The notes under the pieces were generated by a model that was given only the letters and a program-made list of their open reading frames with translations, made no database searches and was not told the origin of the DNA. DNA of 33,763 bases from Verrucomicrobiales bacterium (GTDB taxonomy: Bacteria > Verrucomicrobiota > Verrucomicrobiia > Verrucomicrobiales > SLCJ01), in assembly GCA_046075565.1 (NCBI GenBank), contig JBJTQJ010000123.1, positions 1 through 33,763 of the forward strand, written 5' to 3'. Positions 1 to 6,781 of the stretch are shown one piece after another (the stretch's first letter is position 1; the number at the start of each line of letters is the position of its first letter). Both the position numbers and the translations under genes were made by a program.

Positions 1-1117
1 CAAGCAGGGGGAGTTGCTTTCCAAGGCCGTGCAAAACGGTGATGTCACGGGTGCCGGCGGCTTTGTCCACGACTCCGGCGACCATGAAGAGCGCCGCTTT
101 GTAAAGCGCGTGCACGATGAGGAAGACCATGGCCGCCTGGACCGCGAGATCGGTTCCAATTCCCAACAGCACAACAAGCGTGCCGAGCGCACTCATGGTC
201 GAGTAGGCGAGAAGGCGCTTCAGGTCGGTTTGCGCGAGGGCAAAGATGGCACCCGCAAACATGGTGAGGGCACCAAGGGGCAATAGCACGGCCGACCATG
301 CCGGCCAGGATGAAAAAACCGGGCTGACCTTCGCGAGGAGATAGACACCGGCCTTGACCATGGTCGCCGAATGCAGATAAGCGCTCACCGGCGTCGGTGC
401 CACCATGGCTCCGGGCAACCAAAAGTGGAATGGCACCTGTGCCGACTTTGTCACCGCGCCAAGAAGGATGAGAGCGAGAATCCAATGGGCCGCCGGATGC
501 GCGCGCACGGCCTCGGCATGAGCGGCGAGTTCGGAAATTCTCCATGTGCCTGCCGCATCGGCGAGCAGGATAAATCCCGCTAACATGGCGACGCCACCGA
601 AACCGGTGATCAGCAAAGCCCGTAAGGCCGCCTTGCGCGCGTCGGCCGAATCATGGGCAAGTCCGATCAGCAAATAACTCGCCAGACTTGTCATCTCCCA
701 GAACACAAAGAGGACGAGCAGATGGTCCGCGCCCGCCAGACCGAGCATGGCGAGCATGAATAGATGGATGAAGCCGAAAAACGGGGCAGCGTGGGGCGAT
801 CCCTTCAAGTATCCACCTCCATAAATCAGGATCAGCGCGCCAATGGAAGCGACAAGCACGGAAAGCAACAGACCAACCCCGTCGAGGCGGAAATCGAGGG
901 TCAAACCGAGGGCGGGCACCCACTCGAATGAGGATGAGGGGAGTTGCCCCGCGCCGACCCCGGGCACCCGGGCCATCAACCAGACCGCCAAGGCCGCCGG
1001 CACCAAAGCCGACAACCACCCGGTCAAACGGGCATTTCGAGCCGCGAGCTGCGGCCAGACCACTGCCCCGGCGGCCACCGCCGCCATCGCCAAGAGATAT
1101 GGATCCGCTCCGTCCAT
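1..1117 (-). CDS. mrpA: Na+/H+ antiporter subunit A (MrpA/MnhA, NuoL-like), 5' part; runs off the left edge
   Basis: Manual translation from ATG 1117. Motifs seen: FRLDGVGLLL, FVFWEMTSLASYLLIG, TKSAQVPFHFWLPGAMVAPTPVSAYLHSATMVKAGVYLL, QTDLKRLLAYST, HALYKAALFMVAGVVDKAAGTRDI. Absent from the ORF track because its stop lies outside the window. Confidence 0.92.
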   Translation of the reverse strand, partial: MDGADPYLLAMAAVAAGAVVWPQLAARNARLTGWLSALVPAALAVWLMARVPGVGAGQLPSSSFEWVPALGLTLDFRLDGVGLLLSVLVASIGALILIYGGGYLKGSPHAAPFFGFIHLFMLAMLGLAGADHLLVLFVFWEMTSLASYLLIGLAHDSADARKAALRALLITGFGGVAMLAGFILLADAAGTWRISELAAHAEAVRAHPAAHWILALILLGAVTKSAQVPFHFWLPGAMVAPTPVSAYLHSATMVKAGVYLLAKVSPVFSSWPAWSAVLLPLGALTMFAGAIFALAQTDLKRLLAYSTMSALGTLVVLLGIGTDLAVQAAMVFLIVHALYKAALFMVAGVVDKAAGTRDITVLHGLGKQLPLL

Positions 1118-1136
1118 CGCGCGCTGACGCTACGAT

Positions 1137-1157
1137 ATGCGCGAATCATTCGTGCAT
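1137..1157. promoter_or_regulatory. Palindromic operator candidate upstream of mrpA
   Basis: ATGCGCGAAT-C-ATTCGTGCAT (9/10 arm match), lying just upstream of a -10-like TAGCGT (minus strand, 1127-1132). Confidence 0.4.
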
Positions 1158-1225
1158 TCTTTTTCGTAAATCGGGACGAAATTCTACCCGGTCCGCGACT
1201 GGAACACCAGTTCTGCCGCCAAACC

Positions 1226-1254
1226 TTGAGTTTTGCTTCGCGCGAGGCCAAATT
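1226..1254 (+). promoter_or_regulatory. sigma70-like promoter of the DCC gene
   Basis: TTGAGT - 17 bp - CAAATT, 8 nt before ATG 1263. Confidence 0.4.
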
Positions 1255-1262
1255 GGCCGTAG

Positions 1263-1706
1263 ATGGAGTCCCCCGCCCCGCGCCATGTGGTCTTTTTCGA
1301 CCACGCCTGCCTGCTGTGTAACGGCACGGTTCGATTTCTCATGGCGCGCGACCACCGGGATGTCTTGCGATTCGCCCCTCTGCAAGGACCGACGGCCCGG
1401 GAAATGTTTTCACGTCATCCGGAGGCCGCCCAGGACCCGGAAGCTCTCACCTCGCTGGTGTTGGCGGAAGAGCATAGCCACCCTAACGAGCGCGTGACCA
1501 TGAGATCCACGGCCGTGGCAAGAGTGCTGCGCAAAGTCGGCGGCTTTTGGGGATTCCTTGGCTTGCTCCTCTCCGTTATCCCGCGGCCGCTCCGCGACTG
1601 GGGATACAATATCGTAGCACGCCACCGCATCCGATGGTTCGGTATCGCCACCCCCGACACCTGCCCGCTGCCCACCCCCGAGCAGGCGCGAAAGCTGTTG
1701 CCGTAA
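1263..1706 (+). CDS. DCC-family thiol-disulfide oxidoreductase (DUF393/YuxK-like)
   Basis: VVFFDHACLLCNGTVRFL (DxxCxxC), LRFAPLQG, PRPLRDWGYNIVARHRIRWFG. Confidence 0.9.
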   Translation: MESPAPRHVVFFDHACLLCNGTVRFLMARDHRDVLRFAPLQGPTAREMFSRHPEAAQDPEALTSLVLAEEHSHPNERVTMRSTAVARVLRKVGGFWGFLGLLLSVIPRPLRDWGYNIVARHRIRWFGIATPDTCPLPTPEQARKLLP

Positions 1707-1749
1707 AGGCAGTGGCCGCTCCCCAAAATCCCGACCCTCGTAAAAACCC

Positions 1750-2184
1750 TCAATGCTCGTAGTCGAGATGGGGGTAATCGGTAACCTGCTCGAGACGCAC
1801 GCCATAAAGCGCAGCGAGATCCGAGGAATCCGAATCCGGATAAGGGTCGCGGAAGTAGACCTCTTTTACCCCATAGGCGCAGAGCATCTGCATGCAGGAG
1901 GTACATGGCTGGGCGGTCACGGCGACCAATTTGGCCTCGCCACGTCGGAACAAGGAACAAAGGTTCACCTCGGCATGGATCATGAACTTGCGACGCTGGT
2001 CCCGGTCGTCCCAGAACCCGACGGGAGCCTCAAATTTCGGAGGCAGACCGTTGTAGGCCGTACCGATGACCCGGTTGTCCCAATCCAGCGCGGCCGCCCC
2101 GACACGGCGATAGGGGTCCTCGGAGCGCAAGGAGGCCACATGGGCAAGGGCCATGGCGTAACGGGGGATCTCAAGGCGGGGCAT
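1750..2184 (-). CDS. dCMP deaminase / ComEB-like zinc-dependent deaminase
   Basis: RSEDPYRRVGA, GTAYNG, IHAEVN and PCTSC zinc motifs. Start moved to ATG 2184 (track: 2247) because a promoter-like motif lies between the two starts. Confidence 0.9.
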   Translation of the reverse strand: MPRLEIPRYAMALAHVASLRSEDPYRRVGAAALDWDNRVIGTAYNGLPPKFEAPVGFWDDRDQRRKFMIHAEVNLCSLFRRGEAKLVAVTAQPCTSCMQMLCAYGVKEVYFRDPYPDSDSSDLAALYGVRLEQVTDYPHLDYEH

Positions 2185-2192
2185 GAACCGCA

Positions 2193-2221
2193 AACATTCC
2201 CTCTCCCGGCCGTCCGCGCAA
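2193..2221 (-). promoter_or_regulatory. sigma70-like promoter of the deaminase
   Basis: Minus strand TTGCGC - 17 bp - AATGTT, 8 nt before ATG 2184. Confidence 0.4.
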
Positions 2222-2237
2222 GTTGAGGGAGCAGGGC

Positions 2238-2266
2238 TTGATTCCAAGACGTTTCGGACGCATGCT
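2238..2266 (+). promoter_or_regulatory. sigma70-like promoter of the HMA lipoprotein/GT4 pair (leaderless-type)
   Basis: TTGATT - 17 bp - CATGCT, 5 nt before ATG 2272. Confidence 0.45.
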
Positions 2267-2271
2267 AGAAA

Positions 2272-2610
2272 ATGCCACGAATCCTATCCCGAACCCTCGC
2301 TCTCATCGCAGCGTCCGCAGTCCTGCTGGTCTCCTGCCGAAAAGAAGTGCCCGCGCCCGTCGCCACGGATGCCAGCGCCACGCTCAAGGTGCCCGAGATG
2401 CATTGTGCGAGTTGTGTTGGCACCATCCGGGCCGCCTTGCGCGGCGTGCCGGGGGTTGACGCCACTCCGGTTTTCGATTTGGAAAAAAGGGAGGTCTCGG
2501 TGAAATGGGCGAGTGCGCAAGTGGATCGCGCCGCCATCGAATCCGCCATCGTGAAATCCGGATTCAAGGTCGAGTCCGGTGATCCCGAGGACCCGGCGCC
2601 TGTCCCCTGA
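2272..2610 (+). CDS. Heavy-metal-associated (HMA) domain lipoprotein, MerP/CopZ-like
   Basis: Signal peptide with lipobox LLVS-C; MHCASC metal-binding motif; HMA tail IESAIVKSGF. Confidence 0.88.
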   Translation: MPRILSRTLALIAASAVLLVSCRKEVPAPVATDASATLKVPEMHCASCVGTIRAALRGVPGVDATPVFDLEKREVSVKWASAQVDRAAIESAIVKSGFKVESGDPEDPAPVP

Positions 2611-2622
2611 TCCGGCATTTCC

Positions 2623-3888
2623 ATGCGCCCGCCGTTCGCCTACGTCTTCGAGCGTTTCCCCTCGTTCACGCAGACCTTCTGCGTCCGCGAGGTGCTGGAA
2701 TTGCGGCGGCAGGGAATCAAGCCCTTGTTATTTTCCATCCATGACACATCCGACGAAGACATCCGTCATTTTCCGGAAGAATTGCGCCGCGATGTGATCA
2801 CCCTGCCCCAGGGCGAAGCGCTGGTCGAGGAAGTGAAAACCCTCAAGTCGGCCAATTTGCTGCCGCAGAAGGCCGTGCTCACCCTCCGCCACTGGGGGGA
2901 AAAACCTGACAAACGCCGCGTGCATGAAGCCGCGTGGATCGGGCACCAACTCGCGGCCGCCGGTGTCCGGCACGCCCATGCCCACTTCGGTGGATTGGCG
3001 GCGCGCACTTGCTGGTGGTTGAAAGAGTTCCACGCCATCACCTACAGTTTCACCGGCCACGCCAACGATATCCTCTGCCCGGATCCCTTTGAAGTGTCGC
3101 GGCAAAAACTCATCGACGATGCTGCGGTCGTGGTCACGGTGAGCGACTTCACCGCCCGCCACCTCCGCAAAACCTATGGCGGCGGACGCAAAATCAAGCG
3201 TGTGTATAATGGACTCGACCTGGAGCCGATCATTGGCGGCATTGGCTCCCGGAAAAAGGAACAACCGCCCCTCATCCTGAGTGTAGGGCGTCTGACCCCG
3301 AAAAAGGGATTCTCCGATCTCATTGCCGCCTGCGCCATCCTCCGGGAGCAAAGGCGGGAATTCCGCTGCGAAATCACCGGCACCGGAGAACTGGAGGATG
3401 ACCTCACAGCCCGCATCCAATCCGCCGGACTGAACGGCACCGTGACGTTAACCGGTCCCAAACCGATGGCGTGGATCATCGACCGTCTCCACGAATCCTC
3501 CCTTTTCGCACTCGCCTGCGCCACCGAGGAGGACGGCGGCATGGACAATCTCCCCACCGTAATCATGGAAGCCATGGCCGCCGCCCTGCCCTGTGTCTCG
3601 ACCCGCCTCGCCGGCGTGCCGGAAATGGTCGTCGACGGCGAAACCGGCCTGCTCGTGCCGGAAAAAAATCCCCAAGCCCTCGCTTCCGCCATCGCCCGTC
3701 TGCTCGATCATCCGGAAGAAGCTGCCCGTTTCGGTCAGGCCGGGCTGACCCGAGCCAAGGCGCTGTTCGATCAAAAAGTCACCGCCCGCCATCTCCTGCG
3801 ATCGCTTGTCTCGCGTGGCAAGGTTCGTCTGCCAGCAGGAAAGTGGCTAACAGATCCTGCGCTCGTGCTGGCGAAGCTGGCGAGGTGA
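2623..3888 (+). CDS. GT4 glycosyltransferase (WcaL-like)
   Basis: ERFPSFTQTF, HAHF, FTGHANDI, SVGRLTPKKG, DNLPTVIMEAMA, GVPEMVVDGETG. Confidence 0.92.
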   Translation: MRPPFAYVFERFPSFTQTFCVREVLELRRQGIKPLLFSIHDTSDEDIRHFPEELRRDVITLPQGEALVEEVKTLKSANLLPQKAVLTLRHWGEKPDKRRVHEAAWIGHQLAAAGVRHAHAHFGGLAARTCWWLKEFHAITYSFTGHANDILCPDPFEVSRQKLIDDAAVVVTVSDFTARHLRKTYGGGRKIKRVYNGLDLEPIIGGIGSRKKEQPPLILSVGRLTPKKGFSDLIAACAILREQRREFRCEITGTGELEDDLTARIQSAGLNGTVTLTGPKPMAWIIDRLHESSLFALACATEEDGGMDNLPTVIMEAMAAALPCVSTRLAGVPEMVVDGETGLLVPEKNPQALASAIARLLDHPEEAARFGQAGLTRAKALFDQKVTARHLLRSLVSRGKVRLPAGKWLTDPALVLAKLAR

Positions 3889-4015
3889 TTGATTGGTCTC
3901 AACATCGACTAGCGGAAGAGCCGTTCGGGTTCAGTCTCTGCGAGGTGCCACGCCAATGGCGGCAAAAGCGTTTCGCTTTGCCGGGCAGCATCCTTGAACC
4001 TTAAAGGGAAAATGG

Positions 4016-4157
4016 AACCGCGAATGGACACGAATCAGCACGAATTTTGAAAGGATTATGACGAAAGCACGCCTCATCTTACGGGTGAGTGAAGCCCTTT
4101 CCATAAACATCTGATTTTCAGGTTTTTATTCGTGTTCCTTCGTGTCAATTCGTGGTT
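4016..4157. repeat. 142-bp element with imperfect 30-bp inverted arms, each made of 3 x 10-bp units (core CACGAAT)
   Basis: Left arm 4016-4045 AACCGCGAAT GGACACGAAT CAGCACGAAT. Reverse complement of right arm 4128-4157 is AACCACGAAT TGACACGAAG GAACACGAAT. Spacer is 82 bp. Confidence 0.8.
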
Positions 4158-4187
4158 TTCAGGTTGCAAGGAAAGTGATGGAGGCAC

Positions 4188-4219
4188 AAAAAAACCCGAC
4201 CGGCGAGCCGGTCGGGTTT
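4188..4219 (-). terminator. Rho-independent terminator
   Basis: Perfect stem CCCGACCGG/CCGGTCGGG with a 4-nt loop, followed on the minus strand by T7 (A7 at 4188-4194). It lies about 25 nt after the small lipoprotein stop. Confidence 0.88.
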
Positions 4220-4244
4220 CGAATTTTACTAGAGACGACGGCTA

Positions 4245-4355
4245 TTATTTGGCCGGAATCGTCATCGGAGCCGGGGTCGGGGCCGGTTGAGTTTGTTGGC
4301 AGGAGGCGCCGAAAACGGCGGCCACGACGGCGGCGAGAAGTGCGAATTTTTTCAT
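4245..4355 (-). CDS. Small Pro/Thr/Gln-rich lipoprotein (36 aa)
   Basis: MKKFALLAAVVAAVFGAS-CQQTQPAPTPAPMTIPAK. Type II signal peptide, own promoter and terminator. It is the C-terminal part of track ORF 4245..4628. Confidence 0.8.
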   Translation of the reverse strand: MKKFALLAAVVAAVFGASCQQTQPAPTPAPMTIPAK

Positions 4356-4364
4356 AAGGCCGCT

Positions 4365-4393
4365 ATTATTGCCTGTTACGGGGGAAATTGCAA
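4365..4393 (-). promoter_or_regulatory. Near-consensus sigma70 promoter of the small lipoprotein
   Basis: Minus strand TTGCAA - 17 bp - AATAAT, 9 nt before ATG 4355. Confidence 0.65.
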
Positions 4394-4419
4394 TGGCAAG
4401 TTCTGGCCGGGATGGAAAT

Positions 4420-5928
4420 TCAGTGAATTTCCTGCACTGTCGCCGTGACGGATTTGCCATCCACTTGAATTCGATACTGTTTTCCCGGACCAGCGGCCGC
4501 AGGCGCGGATGAAACTGGAGCGGGGGCGGGCGCGGGCGGGCGGACCTCCGCCACCGGTGCCGCCGGTTGCGGTTTTTTCGGTTCGTAGATCTTGGCGAGT
4601 TGTTCCGGGAACATGGCGTGGATGACACAATGCTCGTCTTCGTCCTTGAGCCCCTTGGCCTGGAGTTCTTTCCGGAGGTCCTCCATGTGTTTTTGCTCGG
4701 CTCCGGGCGCGTCGGTCGGGCGACGGGTAATCGGGTCCTTGCCGCTGATTTTCGCAGCCAAAGCCTGGACTTCCGGATTCACCGGAGCGGGAGTCGTGCC
4801 GTAATATCCGAGGGCGATATCCATGGCCTGCGGGGAGAAATTTTTCCACCGGCCGAACTTCACGTTGAGCATGGCTTGCACCCCAACGATCTGGGAAGTC
4901 GGCGTCACCAGCGGAATCCATCCCAGCGCCTCCCGCACGACCGGGATCTCGCGGAATACCTCGTCGAATTTATTCTCCATCCCCTGCTGCTTCAGTTGGG
5001 TGCGGAAATTCGAGAGCATTCCTCCGGGCACTTGATAGACCAAGGTGTCGGTGTCCACGACCTCGTTGGCATGGCTCGTGAATTCCTTCATCTCGGCGTA
5101 AACTGTTTCCAAGTGGGTTCGCACACGAGCCAAGGCCGCGAGCTGATCACCACCGAAGGCAGGCTTGCGCGGGTGGTCCTCAAGCAACGCGAGCATCCGC
5201 GCCGTATCGGGCTGGCCCGTGCCATTGGCGAAAGGCACCACGGAAACATCAACGGCATCCACACCGGCTTCAATGGAAGCGAGATAAGTCGGAGCTCCAA
5301 GACCTGCCGTGTCGTGGGTGTGAATCCAAACGGGAATCTTCAGGCTCGCTTTCAGCCCCTCGATGATGGCGCGGGCGCGCTGTGGCGGAATGAGTCCGGC
5401 CATGTCCTTGATGACGATGGCATCACAGCCCATGGTGGCGAGGCGCTTGCCGAGCTCAATGAATGCCGGGATGGTATGAACAGGGCTTGTCGTGTAACAG
5501 ATCGTGCCGTGAGCCTGGGCTCCGGCCGCCTTGGCGGCGCGGATGGCCGTTTCCATGTTTCGCGGATCGTTGAGGGCATCGAAGACCAGGAAGATGTTCA
5601 TCCCGTGGGCGGCGGAAAGGCGCACGAACCCCTCGACCACGTCATCGGGGAAATGCGCATACTGCACGATATTCTGCCCGCGCAGGAGCATCATGTGCGG
5701 CGTCTTTGGGCAGGCCTTCTTCAGAGCGTCGAGGCGATCGAAGGGAAATTCCCCGAGGAAACGGAGGCCCGCGTCGATGGTGGCACCTCCTCAGGTTTCA
5801 AGGGCTCCGAAGCCCATCCCATCGAGGTCGGCGCAGACCGGAAGCATCTGGGTGGTCGTCATGCGGGTGGCAGCCAGGCTCTGGTGACCGTCGCGAAGAA
5901 CTGTATTGTTGAAAATCACCGGTTTCAT
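4420..5928 (-). pseudogene. Pyruvate/oxaloacetate carboxyltransferase (OadA/PycB/transcarboxylase 5S-type) interrupted by an in-frame TGA at 5791-5793 (true nonsense allele or sequence error)
   Basis: MKPVIFNNTVLRDGHQSLAATRM...GALET*GGATIDAGLRFL...MLLRGQN, IKDMAG, HTHDTAG, QVPGGM, LVTPTSQIVG. Track ORFs 5791..6015 and 4420..5694 are in the same frame. Confidence 0.8.
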
Positions 5929-5938
5929 GAGTGTGGAA

Positions 5939-5968
5939 AGACTAACGCGATTTCCAACGGGCGCGCAA
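5939..5968 (-). promoter_or_regulatory. sigma70-like promoter of the carboxyltransferase
   Basis: Minus strand TTGCGC - 18 bp - TAGTCT, 10 nt before ATG 5928. Confidence 0.45.
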
Positions 5969-6004
5969 GCCGGAGCGCTCAAGGAATTCCGCTTATCCGC
6001 CGAT

Positions 6005-6778
6005 TTAATTCGCATTTCTCCTAGCCACCCGTTGGCTTGGTCCCATTGGGACCGGAGAAGCCAGTTGTGCGACTTCCTGCGCGGACAGATGCCGCCAGCT
6101 GCCCTTGGCTAGATCACCGAGGGGAACTCCTCCGATGGCCACGCGGATGAGACGCAGGACTTCCATGCCGAGCGATTCGATGATCCTCCGGATCTGCCGG
6201 TTTTTGCCCTCCTCGAGGACGACTTCCAACCATGCGGTCTTGCCGCCGCAACGCAGCAATTGAACACCGGCAACCGCCATGACCTCGCCCGGATCGGTTT
6301 CGACTCCCGCTTTCATGGCCTCCAGGTCGTGCTCGGAAGGCGGTGGTTTGACCTGCACATGGTAGGTCTTGGCCAGATGCGATTCCGGGGAGGTGATTCG
6401 GTCGGCCCAGAGCGTGTCATTGGTGAAGAGCAACATGCCTTCGCTCGCCTTGTCGAGCCGGCCAACCGGAACCAGCCTGGGCAAAGCGGCGCCTTCGAAA
6501 CAGGAGAAAACCGTGTCCCGCCCCAATTCGTCGGCGGTGGTGGTCACCAGTCCTCGGGGCTTGTTCAGCACAATATAGACTCCGCATTCTTGTCGCGCGG
6601 AAACGGCATTCCCATCAACAGAGATCGCCGGCTCGTCGAGTCTTGTCCGGGTCTCTGGATCGGTAATCAGTTTTCCCCGCACCCGCACTCGCCCCGCGCG
6701 GATCCATTCATTCGCCTCGGAACGAGAGCAGATGCCCCGCTTCGAAAGCACGCGGGCAAGACCATGGAAAGCGGACAT
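6005..6778 (-). CDS. rRNA pseudouridine synthase, RsuA/RluB/RluE family with S4 domain
   Basis: GICSRSEANEWIRAGRV (S4), LNKPRG, VGRLDKASEG (catalytic Asp), EGKNRQIRR, RLIRVAIG. Confidence 0.95.
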   Translation of the reverse strand: MSAFHGLARVLSKRGICSRSEANEWIRAGRVRVRGKLITDPETRTRLDEPAISVDGNAVSARQECGVYIVLNKPRGLVTTTADELGRDTVFSCFEGAALPRLVPVGRLDKASEGMLLFTNDTLWADRITSPESHLAKTYHVQVKPPPSEHDLEAMKAGVETDPGEVMAVAGVQLLRCGGKTAWLEVVLEEGKNRQIRRIIESLGMEVLRLIRVAIGGVPLGDLAKGSWRHLSAQEVAQLASPVPMGPSQRVARRNAN

Positions 6779-6781
6779 GCT

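Noticed and set aside
14-1497. Short ORFs in the track over 14-1497
   Set aside because: Explained as shadows or alternative frames of the mrpA frame (1-1117, minus) and the DCC gene.
3960-3983. Hairpin CGGCAAAAGCG-TTT-CGCTTTGCCG after the GT4
   Set aside because: Bulged stem with no U-tract on either strand; insufficient to call a terminator.
4016-4157. CRISPR array or IS element
   Set aside because: The repeats are 10-bp tandem units in inverted arms with no spacers, and no cas or transposase gene is in the window.
5791-5793. Genome-wide TGA recoding (Trp/Gly) or selenocysteine
   Set aside because: TGA is clearly used as a stop in many genes here (ATGA overlaps), Trp is encoded by TGG elsewhere, and the position is a Trp rather than a Cys site.
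4567-6024. 485-aa plus-strand ORF
   Set aside because: Antisense shadow of the carboxyltransferase; no recognisable motifs, and such shadows are common in GC-rich DNA.
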